Source: Bacteroidales bacterium (lineage in GTDB: Bacteria; Bacteroidota; Bacteroidia; Bacteroidales; UBA3663). Taken from it: a DNA stretch of 64,000 nucleotides. Of the stretch, positions 8,050 to 16,800 are shown piece after piece (the first letter of the stretch is position 1; each line of letters begins with the position of its first letter). The translations under genes and the position numbers were made by a program. The stretch spans positions 6,530 through 70,529 of the forward strand of contig JAZQBS010000153.1 of the NCBI GenBank assembly GCA_045545875.1, read 5' to 3'. The notes under the pieces were generated by a model, which worked only from the letters and a program-made list of their open reading frames with translations, was not told where the DNA came from and did no database searches.

Positions 8050-11000
8050 ATGAAAAAGCAAACGCTTGCATTATTGCTTGTCCTTGCTATGGTCCCGGTG
8101 TCAATGATGGCACAGAGCCTGGGCAAGGTGAAGGGTCGCGTGCTCGATGAGTTCGGCGAACCATTGCTGGGTGCTGTAGTACGCGTGGCAGGTACCGACA
8201 TCGTGACCACCACAGACTACGACGGCAACTACGAACTCGACGGTGTGGCATCGGATGCCACATTGACTTGCTCCTACCTTGGCATGACGACTGAGAACGT
8301 GAAGGTCAAGGGCGGAACGATGAACATCAGCATGTCGCCCGACGTGCAGAACCTTGAGGAGACCGTGGTGATCGGTTACGGCGCAGCCAAGTCGAAGGAC
8401 CTGACCGCACCCATCGAGACGGTGAAGGCATCGGACATCGTCAGCGTGCCAACCTCTTCGCCCATGGCAGCCCTGCAGGGCAAGGTTGCCGGTGTGAACA
8501 TCGTGAACAGCGGTGTACCTGGCGGCGGACCTACGGTGACCATCCGTGGTCTGGGTTCGTTCAGCAACACTACCCCACTCTACGTGGTGGATGGAATGTT
8601 CTACGACAACATCAACTTCCTCAACAACAGTGACATCGAGGAGATGAGCATCATGAAGGATGCCAGCGCTAGTGCCATCTATGGTGTGCGTGCCGCCAAC
8701 GGTGTGGTGATCATCACCACGAAGAAAGGCAAGAACAACGAACGCGCCAAGGTGTCGTACGACGGTTACGTGGGCGTGCAGAAGGCCACCGACGTGCTTG
8801 AGATGAGCAATTCGAGCCAGTATGCACAGATGCTGCGTGAGAGCGAAGTAGCCGACTACCTGCCCATGCTTCAGGCCAGTGTGGCCAAGTACGGCGGCAA
8901 TTTCGAGCAGAACCAGTACAATTCGGACACCGACTGGTACGACGAACTGCTTCGCACAGCCGTGATCACCAACCACAGCCTGAACATCAGCGGCGGTACC
9001 GACAAGGCCAACTACGGCGTGGGCATGAGCTACCTCTATCAGAACGGTATCATGGATACCGACAACAACTATTCGCGCCTAAACTTCCGCGGCAACCTGG
9101 AATACAAGGCCTTCAACTGGCTCACCGTGGGCATGAACGGCGTGTTCAGCCAGAGCACCCAGGTGCTGCCCAACAATGCAGCCTGGCAGCAGGCATTCAA
9201 CATGCCCGGCATCTTCCCCGTGTATGACAAGACAACAGCCGACATCTACACCGACGGATATGCCAGCCCGAACACCATCGGCGTGAGCAACAACTTCTAC
9301 AACCCTGTGGCTACTGCCAAGCTGTTCGATTCGCAGAACAAGAACTACCAGGTGCTGAGCAACTTCTATGCACAGATCAACATCCTGCCCGAGAAGTTGA
9401 ACTTCCGCACCAGCTACAGCTATGACTATTCGACCACACGTGCCACGGCATTCACGCCCCAGTATTACCTGGGCACCGTGCAGCAGACTTCGACCACCAG
9501 CCTGACCAAGAGCGACAGCAACTACAACAACTACGTATGGGACAACACGATGACCTATACCGACCAGTGGGGCGACCATCGCTTGACCGCCATGCTCGGC
9601 ACTTCGCTGCGCCAGGAGCGCTACGACGGCCTTTGGGGCACCGCACAGAACGTGCCCGAGGGACAGGACAGCTGGAAGTACCTCTCGCTGGGCGACACGG
9701 AAGGCATCACCCTGGGTGACGGCGGTTTCCGCAACCGTGCCCTCTCCTACTTCGCACGTTTCAACTACAACTACGCCGACAAGTACCTGCTCATGGTAAC
9801 CCTCCGCGAGGACGGCAGCTCGAAATACAACGAGCCTTGGGGCTTCTTCCCCTCGGTAGGTGCTGCCTGGGTAATCACCAACGAGGACTTCATGAAGGAC
9901 CAGGACCTCTTCCAGTACCTGAAGCTTCGCGCCAGCTGGGGTAAGCTCGGTAACGACAAGATTGCAGCCAGTGCAGGTTATGCAGCCAGCGCTACGGCAC
10001 GTGCCGTGTTCGGCACCAACAACGCCCTCGACGGCTACATCAACGGTTCGACCTTCAGCTGGCTCAGCTGGGAGACCGTCAACGAGACCAACATCGGCTT
10101 GAACTTCACCACCGCCAACAATCACCTCACCGGTGACATCGATTGGTACTATCGCTTGACTAGCGACGCCGTAATCAGCCCCGCACGCCCGATGCAGAAC
10201 ACCACCGTGGCAGGCAACTGGGCCGAGATCCTCAACATGGGTGTGGATATGACCCTGAACTGGAACCAGCGTCTCACCAAGGACTTCAGCTACCAGATTG
10301 GAGCCAACCTCGGCTGGCTGCACAATGAGGTGAAGAGCCTGAAGGACGGCGTACAGCAGGTGCAGACCAACGGAAAGGTCTATCAGATCGTGGGCGAGAA
10401 GATGAACAGCTACTACGGCTACAAGGTGGTGGGCATCTATCAGAATGCCGCCGAAGTGGCAGCCGACCCCGTGGCTGTTGCCAACGGACTTGAGCCCGGT
10501 GACTTCCGCTATGAGGACGTGAACGGCGACAAGGTGATTGACGGCAGCGACAAGCAGACCCTGGGCAGCTACGTGCCCGACATCACCTACGGACTGAATG
10601 CAGCCGTACAGTGGCGCAACCTCGACTTTGCCATCAGCTTCTACGGTCAGGCAGGCGGTGAGCTCTGGAACCGCAAGCGCGCCCTGCGTTATGCAGCCCA
10701 AAACTACAACTTCGACCTTGCACAGTACGAGAACCGCTGGCACGGCGAGGGAACGAGCAACAGCGATCCTTCGGCCAAGGCCCTGATGAAGAGCTGGAAC
10801 GTGGGCGACAGCCAGAATGCCAGCTACTTCGTAGAGAGCGCCAACTACTTCCGTCTGCAGAACGTTTCGCTCGGCTATACGTTCAAGAACATCGAGATGG
10901 GCGGCTACACCCTGCCCAGCGCACGCGTCAGCCTTTCGGCCGACCGTCCATTCACCTGGTTCTCGGCCAATACCTTCTCGCCTGAGGTAAGTGATGCCGA

Positions 11001-11067
11001 CGGCTGGGATTGGCAGGTCTATCCACTCTCCGCAACCTATACCCTGGGTGTGCAGATTAACTTCTAA
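8050..11067 (+). CDS. SusC-like TonB-dependent outer-membrane receptor
   Basis: Signal peptide from the ATG at 8050, a carboxypeptidase-regulatory-like domain (GRVLDEFGEPLLGAVVRVAGT), a plug (VVIGYGAAKSKDLT), and a C-terminal ...YTLGVQINF barrel end. Confidence 0.95.
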   Translation: MKKQTLALLLVLAMVPVSMMAQSLGKVKGRVLDEFGEPLLGAVVRVAGTDIVTTTDYDGNYELDGVASDATLTCSYLGMTTENVKVKGGTMNISMSPDVQNLEETVVIGYGAAKSKDLTAPIETVKASDIVSVPTSSPMAALQGKVAGVNIVNSGVPGGGPTVTIRGLGSFSNTTPLYVVDGMFYDNINFLNNSDIEEMSIMKDASASAIYGVRAANGVVIITTKKGKNNERAKVSYDGYVGVQKATDVLEMSNSSQYAQMLRESEVADYLPMLQASVAKYGGNFEQNQYNSDTDWYDELLRTAVITNHSLNISGGTDKANYGVGMSYLYQNGIMDTDNNYSRLNFRGNLEYKAFNWLTVGMNGVFSQSTQVLPNNAAWQQAFNMPGIFPVYDKTTADIYTDGYASPNTIGVSNNFYNPVATAKLFDSQNKNYQVLSNFYAQINILPEKLNFRTSYSYDYSTTRATAFTPQYYLGTVQQTSTTSLTKSDSNYNNYVWDNTMTYTDQWGDHRLTAMLGTSLRQERYDGLWGTAQNVPEGQDSWKYLSLGDTEGITLGDGGFRNRALSYFARFNYNYADKYLLMVTLREDGSSKYNEPWGFFPSVGAAWVITNEDFMKDQDLFQYLKLRASWGKLGNDKIAASAGYAASATARAVFGTNNALDGYINGSTFSWLSWETVNETNIGLNFTTANNHLTGDIDWYYRLTSDAVISPARPMQNTTVAGNWAEILNMGVDMTLNWNQRLTKDFSYQIGANLGWLHNEVKSLKDGVQQVQTNGKVYQIVGEKMNSYYGYKVVGIYQNAAEVAADPVAVANGLEPGDFRYEDVNGDKVIDGSDKQTLGSYVPDITYGLNAAVQWRNLDFAISFYGQAGGELWNRKRALRYAAQNYNFDLAQYENRWHGEGTSNSDPSAKALMKSWNVGDSQNASYFVESANYFRLQNVSLGYTFKNIEMGGYTLPSARVSLSADRPFTWFSANTFSPEVSDADGWDWQVYPLSATYTLGVQINF

Positions 11068-11104
11068 CCCATAATTCATTACCCATAACCACAATCATCA
11101 AGTT

Positions 11105-12610
11105 ATGAAAAATATGAAGACTTTACTATATGTACTCCCTGCTGCAATGCTGGCACTGACCAGCTGCACCGACTACATCGACATTGATGCGGAGAACACT
11201 ATCGACGTGGATGCCATCGACTACACCGATGCGAGCACTATGCACGAGGCTGCCACGGGTGCCTATGCCACCCTGCGCACACAAGGCATCCACTGGGCCA
11301 ATGCCATGATCTGGATGGGTCGTGACGACGACATGTCGTCGGGCCGTGCCGATGACCAGGGCGATGCCCTCAAGTTCGGCTATCCCGGTGGCTACACCAA
11401 CCCGAATGCCTTCTGGGCAGTAGGCAATATGTGGAGCACGATGTACAACATCATCATCGACTGCAATTCGAACATCGATGCGCTCGACCAGTATGCCGAG
11501 AACCTCAGCACAGGCAGCTCCGACTACCAGAACTACCTGCAGTACAAGGGCGAGGTGCGCGTGGTACGTGCCTGGGCCTATTACCAGCTCGTCACCAACT
11601 TCGGACCCTGCGTCATCTATCGCGACAACACACAGAACTCGTTCCGTCGCAGCACGGTGGAGAAGGTCTATGACTACATCATCACCGAGATGCAGGAGGC
11701 AGCTGCCGGCATGGAGGCCAAGCGCCCCAACCAGATGTCACGTCCAGGTGCATTCACCAAATTCACCGCCGAGGCACTTGCTGCCCGTACAGCGCTGCTT
11801 GCCGGCAACTTTGCACTGGTGGAGAGCCTTACCGATGACATCATCAATGGTGGCGGCTTCGAGCTCTACCCCGACTACTACAACCTCTTCAAGATCCCCG
11901 GCAAGCTATGCAACGAGAACCTCATGGAGGTACAGTGCTCGGACTTCGGCACAGCCAGCGGCGACTATGTAGGCGTTGACCAGTGGTTCAACTTCCGTGG
12001 TGCAGGCCTCACCCTCTATGACGAGGCAGGCAATTGGAGCAACGGCATCGGCGGCTGGACCTTCATGCGCTACAGCCCCAAGTTCCTCGAACTGATGGAG
12101 AACCGTGGCGAGACCATCCGCAAGGAGACTTCGCTGCTCGTAGCTGGCACCACCACCCGTGAAGGCTGGACCATCAATGGTGACCTGGACCGCACTGCCG
12201 AGATCGCTCAGATCTACGACGGCAAGGGCTACGTTCCCTTCGACCAGATGACGGCCGGCAACAGCGAGTGGGGCCGCAACAACAACGTTCGCCTTATCCG
12301 CTACGCCGAAGTGCTGCTGATGAATGCCGAGGCCAAGGTTCGCCAGGGCAAGAACGGTGATGCACCCTTCAACCAGGTGCGTGCACGTGCCCAGATGCCT
12401 TCGGTGAACGGTGTCACGGTGGATCAGATCCTGGAAGAGCGTCGTGTGGAGCTCTGCGCCGAGTGGGGCTTGCGCTACACTGACCTCTGCCGCACAGGTC
12501 AGGCTACCAGCGTGCTTGGCAAGTATGGCTGGAACGAGGGCAGCCGATATATCCCTGTTCCTTCGAACCAGATCATCAATACGCCCGAGCTGGGTGAGGA
12601 TCCCGAATAA
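11105..12610 (+). CDS. SusD/RagB-family outer-membrane lipoprotein
   Basis: Lipoprotein signal (..LTSC), immediately downstream of susC-like. The typical ...RYAEVLLMNAEA... and ERRVELCAEW motifs are present. Confidence 0.95.
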   Translation: MKNMKTLLYVLPAAMLALTSCTDYIDIDAENTIDVDAIDYTDASTMHEAATGAYATLRTQGIHWANAMIWMGRDDDMSSGRADDQGDALKFGYPGGYTNPNAFWAVGNMWSTMYNIIIDCNSNIDALDQYAENLSTGSSDYQNYLQYKGEVRVVRAWAYYQLVTNFGPCVIYRDNTQNSFRRSTVEKVYDYIITEMQEAAAGMEAKRPNQMSRPGAFTKFTAEALAARTALLAGNFALVESLTDDIINGGGFELYPDYYNLFKIPGKLCNENLMEVQCSDFGTASGDYVGVDQWFNFRGAGLTLYDEAGNWSNGIGGWTFMRYSPKFLELMENRGETIRKETSLLVAGTTTREGWTINGDLDRTAEIAQIYDGKGYVPFDQMTAGNSEWGRNNNVRLIRYAEVLLMNAEAKVRQGKNGDAPFNQVRARAQMPSVNGVTVDQILEERRVELCAEWGLRYTDLCRTGQATSVLGKYGWNEGSRYIPVPSNQIINTPELGEDPE

Positions 12611-12636
12611 TTCGAGATAATAAAAGGACACTTAGC

Positions 12637-13992
12637 ATGAAACATTATCACAAATTACTGATAGGACTGGTAAGCCTGGCTCTGATCGTTTGTTCGTGCG
12701 GAGGGACGCACGAGCAAACGAACCAAGGGGAAGGCGAGACCATCAAACTGAGTGCCGACGAACTGCTCGACCTTGTGCAGCAACAGTGCCTGAACTACAT
12801 GTGGGAAGGCGCTGACCCAACTTCGGGACTGGCCTACGAGCGTATCCACCTCGATGGCATCTATCCATCGAACGACAAGACGACAATCACCACGGGTGGT
12901 TCTGGCTTCGGTGTTGCCGGCCTGATTGTAGGCATGGATCGCGGTTGGATCAAACGTGCAGAAGGCGTGGCCCGACTGACCCGCATCGTCGATTATCTGG
13001 CAAAGGCCGACCGCTATCACGGCGTCTGGTCGCACTGGATGGACGGACCATCGGGCAAGACCATTCCCTTCGGCACGAAGGACAATGGCGGTGACCTGGT
13101 GGAGTCGTGCTTCCTGATGCAGTCGCTGCTTTGTGTGCGCCAATATCTGAAGGCCGATGTCGAAGCAGAAGCCTACGTGATCGACAAGATCAACGAGTTG
13201 TGGAAGGCCATGGAGTTTGACTGGTACACCCGTGGAGGACAACACGTGATCTATTGGCATTGGAGTCCTGACTACGGCTGGGAGATGAACTTCCCGCTGG
13301 AGGGCTACAACGAGTGCCTTATCACCTACATCCTCGCTGCAGCAAGCCCGACACACTCGGTGCCTGCCGAATGCTATCACGAGGGTTGGGCACGCAGCGG
13401 CGGCATCAAGAGCGATGCAGCACCCTACGGTTATCCGCTCGACGTGAAGCACAACGGAGCCGAGACGAATGGAGGTCCACTGTTCTGGGCACACTACAGC
13501 TGGATCGGACTTTGTCCGAGGGGCCTCAAGGACCAGTATGCCGACTATTGGCACGTCACAGCCAACCACGCCCTTGCCAACTATGCCTACTGCGTAGATA
13601 ATCCCAAGGGCTACAAGGGGTACGGCAAGGATTGCTGGGGGCTTACCGCCAGCTATTCGCCCGATAGTTATGCAGCCCATGCACCCAACCAGGACCTTGG
13701 CGTAATCACGCCTACTGCTGCCCTTTCGAGCTTCCCCTACACACCCGAACAGAGCATGGCAGCCTTGCGTCACTTCTATTCGATGAAGTCGTTCCTTTGG
13801 GGCAAATATGGCCCGTACGATGCCTTCTCGCTTGATCCTTCGTGGACACTCCCTCGTTATCTGGCCATCGATCAGCTGACCATTGCGCCCATGATTGAGA
13901 ACTATCGCACAGGGTTGCTCTGGATGCTCTTCATGAGCTGTCCGGAGGTGCAGGAAGGATTGAAGAAACTGGGGTTTACGGTAAATAATTAA
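12637..13992 (+). CDS. Lipoprotein of the PF10091 glycoamylase-like family (GH144 endo-beta-1,2-glucanase-like)
   Basis: Lipobox (VCSC). I recognise the sequence stretches ...TTGGSGFGVAGLIVG..., ...YHGVWSHWMDG... and ...GGDLVESCFLMQSL... as this family. Not verified by search. Confidence 0.6.
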   Translation: MKHYHKLLIGLVSLALIVCSCGGTHEQTNQGEGETIKLSADELLDLVQQQCLNYMWEGADPTSGLAYERIHLDGIYPSNDKTTITTGGSGFGVAGLIVGMDRGWIKRAEGVARLTRIVDYLAKADRYHGVWSHWMDGPSGKTIPFGTKDNGGDLVESCFLMQSLLCVRQYLKADVEAEAYVIDKINELWKAMEFDWYTRGGQHVIYWHWSPDYGWEMNFPLEGYNECLITYILAAASPTHSVPAECYHEGWARSGGIKSDAAPYGYPLDVKHNGAETNGGPLFWAHYSWIGLCPRGLKDQYADYWHVTANHALANYAYCVDNPKGYKGYGKDCWGLTASYSPDSYAAHAPNQDLGVITPTAALSSFPYTPEQSMAALRHFYSMKSFLWGKYGPYDAFSLDPSWTLPRYLAIDQLTIAPMIENYRTGLLWMLFMSCPEVQEGLKKLGFTVNN

Positions 13993-14000
13993 GTTGTTTT

Positions 14001-14136
14001 GGAGTTAACGGGAGTTAGCGCTTCGCGCGGGAGTTAACGGACGAATGTGTCTTGTGTCCCGATATTTATAAGGCGAAGGTATCGTCCGTTAACTCCCAAT
14101 AACTTCCAATAACTCCCGATAACTCCCAATAACTCC
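14001..14136. repeat. Inverted pair of phased arrays: GGAGTTA at 14001, 14011, 14030 and 5x TAACT(C/T)C at 14090-14130 (exact 10-bp period), with central hairpin ACGGACGA(14037)/TCGTCCGT(14082)
   Basis: Read directly. The architecture matches 261-423 but uses a different heptamer. Confidence 0.9.
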
Positions 14137-14166
14137 CAATAAATTATAAATAATAATTTTTTTGCT

Positions 14167-16437
14167 ATGAAAAAAACAATATGGGGTTTGGCCCTGTTGC
14201 TGGGCCTTGCTAGTTGTTCGGGCAACAAGTCGGACAACGAGATGGATGCATTCATCAACGACCTGATGGGCAAGATGACCCTTGAAGAGAAGTTGGGCCA
14301 GCTGAATCTGCCGGTGACCGGTGACATCGTGACCGGTGCTGCACAATCGAGCAACGTGGCCGAAAACATCCGTGCAGGACGCGTTGGCGGACTCTTCAAC
14401 CTGAAGGGAGCCGATCGCGTGGCAGAATTGCAGCGCATTGCCGTCGAAGAAAGCCGCCTCGGCATACCTCTGATCTTCGGCATGGACGTAATCCATGGTT
14501 ATGAGACCGTCTTCCCCATTCCTCTGGGCCTTTCGTGCACCTGGGACATGGATGCCATCGAGCGTTCGGCACAGATAGCTGCCCAAGAAGCCACAGCCGA
14601 TGGCATCTGCTGGACGTTCAGCCCGATGGTTGACATCTGCCACGATGCACGCTGGGGACGTATCTCGGAAGGCAATGGCGAGGATCCCTTCCTCGGGAGC
14701 CGCATCGCCGAAGCAATGGTGCGCGGCTATCAGCAGGGCGACCTCACAAGCGCCAACACCATGATGGCATGCGTGAAGCACTTTGCCCTCTATGGAGCAC
14801 CCGAGGCAGGACGTGACTACAATACCGTCGATATGAGCCTTTGGCGCATGTACAACGAATATTTCCCACCCTACAAGGCAGCCTGCGATGCAGGTGCGGG
14901 CAGTTACATGGCCAGCTTCAACATCGTCAACGGTGTGCCTGCAACGGGTAACCGCTGGCTTCTGACCGACGTGCTGCGCAACCAGTGGGGCTTCGACGGC
15001 TTCGTAGTGAGCGACTACACAGGCATTGCCGAGATGGTGAACCACGGCATGGGCGACCTGAAGGAGGTGAGTGCCCTGGCTCTGCATGCAGGACTGGACA
15101 TGGACATGGTGAGCGACGGCCTGGTAGGCACACTTGCCGAGAGCCTCAAGGAGGGACGTACCACGCAGGCCGATATCGACCAGGCTTGTCGCCGCATACT
15201 TGAAGCAAAGTACAAGCTCGGACTCTTCGAAGATCCTTATCGCTACTGCGACACCACTCGCTATGCCAAGGAGGTCTATACCGAAGAGAATCGTCGTGAG
15301 GCACGCAGGATTGCAGGTGAGAGCTTTGTGCTCCTGAAGAACGAGGGCAACATCCTGCCTTTGAAGCGCCAAGGCAAGATTGCACTCATCGGTCCTTTGG
15401 CCAACACCCGTGCCAACATGCCAGGTACCTGGAGCGTAGCTGCCACCAGCGAACGTTACAGCACCGTGGTAGAGGGTCTGAAGCGCGCTGTGGGCGACAA
15501 GGCTCAGGTGCTCTATGCCAAGGGCTGCAACCTGATGTACGACGCTCAGGCAGAGGCTGATGCCACCATGTTCGGACGCGATATGCGCGACAATCGCAGC
15601 GATGCAGCTATGCGTGCCGAGGCACTTGCCATCGCACGTCAGGCCAACGTCATCGTCTTTGCAGGGGGAGAGGCTTCGGAGATGGCAGGCGAATGTTCGA
15701 GCCGTGTAGGCATCGAAATGCCCGATGCACAGCATGACCTACTAGTCGAGCTAGTGAAACTCGGCAAGCCCATCGTGCTGCTCAACTTCTCAGGTCGTCC
15801 GATGATCCTGAATTGGGAAACCGAGCACATCCCCGCCATCCTTGAGGTATGGTTCGGTGGCAGCGAGGCTGCTGATGCCATTGCCGATGTCGTCTTCGGA
15901 GACGTCGTTCCTTCGGGCAAACTCACCACCAGCTTCCCACGGCATATCGGACAACTGCCGATGAGCTACAGCTATTACAACACAGGTCGTCCTGTGCAGG
16001 CTGATGCCTTCGTGAAGTTCCAGAGCTGCTACATGGACGTGAGCAACACGCCGCTTTATCCCTTCGGCTATGGTTTGAGCTACACCACCTTCAGCTATTC
16101 GCCTGTCACCCTAAGCAGCAACGAGCTGACGAAGGATGGCGAGATTGAGGCAAAGGTGACAGTCAGCAACACCGGCAAGTGTGAGGGAACCGAGGTCGTA
16201 CAGCTTTATATCCGCGACCTCGTGGGCAGTGTGACCCGACCTGTGAAGGAACTCAAGGGCTTCAAGCGCGTTACCCTCAAGGAGGGCGAGAGCTGCAACG
16301 TGACATTCACCATCGATGCCAATCTGCTGAAGTTCTACAACGGCGAGCTTGAATATGTGTGCGAGCCGGGTGAGTTCGAGGTGATGATCGGCACGAATAG
16401 TGCGGATGTGCAGAGTGCTAAGTTCGCGCTGAAGTGA
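14167..16437 (+). CDS. bglX: Periplasmic GH3 beta-glucosidase (BglX-like lipoprotein)
   Basis: Lipobox (LASCSG) and GH3 hallmarks ...MTLEEKLGQLN..., ...GRISEGNGEDP..., ...GFVVSDY..., with a C-terminal fibronectin-like domain. Confidence 0.9.
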   Translation: MKKTIWGLALLLGLASCSGNKSDNEMDAFINDLMGKMTLEEKLGQLNLPVTGDIVTGAAQSSNVAENIRAGRVGGLFNLKGADRVAELQRIAVEESRLGIPLIFGMDVIHGYETVFPIPLGLSCTWDMDAIERSAQIAAQEATADGICWTFSPMVDICHDARWGRISEGNGEDPFLGSRIAEAMVRGYQQGDLTSANTMMACVKHFALYGAPEAGRDYNTVDMSLWRMYNEYFPPYKAACDAGAGSYMASFNIVNGVPATGNRWLLTDVLRNQWGFDGFVVSDYTGIAEMVNHGMGDLKEVSALALHAGLDMDMVSDGLVGTLAESLKEGRTTQADIDQACRRILEAKYKLGLFEDPYRYCDTTRYAKEVYTEENRREARRIAGESFVLLKNEGNILPLKRQGKIALIGPLANTRANMPGTWSVAATSERYSTVVEGLKRAVGDKAQVLYAKGCNLMYDAQAEADATMFGRDMRDNRSDAAMRAEALAIARQANVIVFAGGEASEMAGECSSRVGIEMPDAQHDLLVELVKLGKPIVLLNFSGRPMILNWETEHIPAILEVWFGGSEAADAIADVVFGDVVPSGKLTTSFPRHIGQLPMSYSYYNTGRPVQADAFVKFQSCYMDVSNTPLYPFGYGLSYTTFSYSPVTLSSNELTKDGEIEAKVTVSNTGKCEGTEVVQLYIRDLVGSVTRPVKELKGFKRVTLKEGESCNVTFTIDANLLKFYNGELEYVCEPGEFEVMIGTNSADVQSAKFALK

Positions 16438-16466
16438 TGCGGAATCTTTTTAAAAGATGAAAAATG

Positions 16467-16596
16467 GATTTAACGAAGATGGTGCTGCACGATGGCAGCA
16501 CTGATGTATAGGCTGTAAACGCCATCTGAAAGCGAGCTTTCATCTGACGCTTCCATCCCATCCATCACCCTTTCAGGGCAACATCTTCGTTAAATC
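16467..16596. repeat. 15-bp perfect inverted repeat (GATTTAACGAAGATG / CATCTTCGTTAAATC) closing an about 130-nt segment that contains two further local hairpins
   Basis: Arms lie at 16467-16481 and 16582-16596. The inner hairpins are GTGCTGC-N5-GCAGCAC and TGAAAGC-GA-GCTTTCA. Confidence 0.7.
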
Positions 16597-16601
16597 GAAA
16601 A

Positions 16602-16609
16602 TATCTTTG
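16602..16609 (+). promoter_or_regulatory. -7 box TATCTTTG, putative promoter for the 16801 gene (about 185-nt leader)
   Basis: Exact TAnnTTTG match, but no clear -33 TTTG. Confidence 0.4.
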
Positions 16610-16680
16610 AAAAATCCTAAAAAATTATGCCTATCCCCCCCTCTTTTGAGATAAAAATCTGATCGACCTTATTATTTTAA

Positions 16681-16711
16681 CGTTAATGACCGTATAATGA
16701 GCCGTTAATGA
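16681..16711 (+). promoter_or_regulatory. Three direct repeats CGT(T/A)TAATGA at 16681, 16691, 16703 in the leader of the 16801 gene
   Basis: Read directly. Confidence 0.35.
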
Positions 16712-16800
16712 TCATTAATACAGTTGAAACGCGGCTTTGTGAGGTTATTGTTATGGTTTGATTAAACCTGAGGGCGAAAAGAGAGTCTAAAGGGGCGGAT

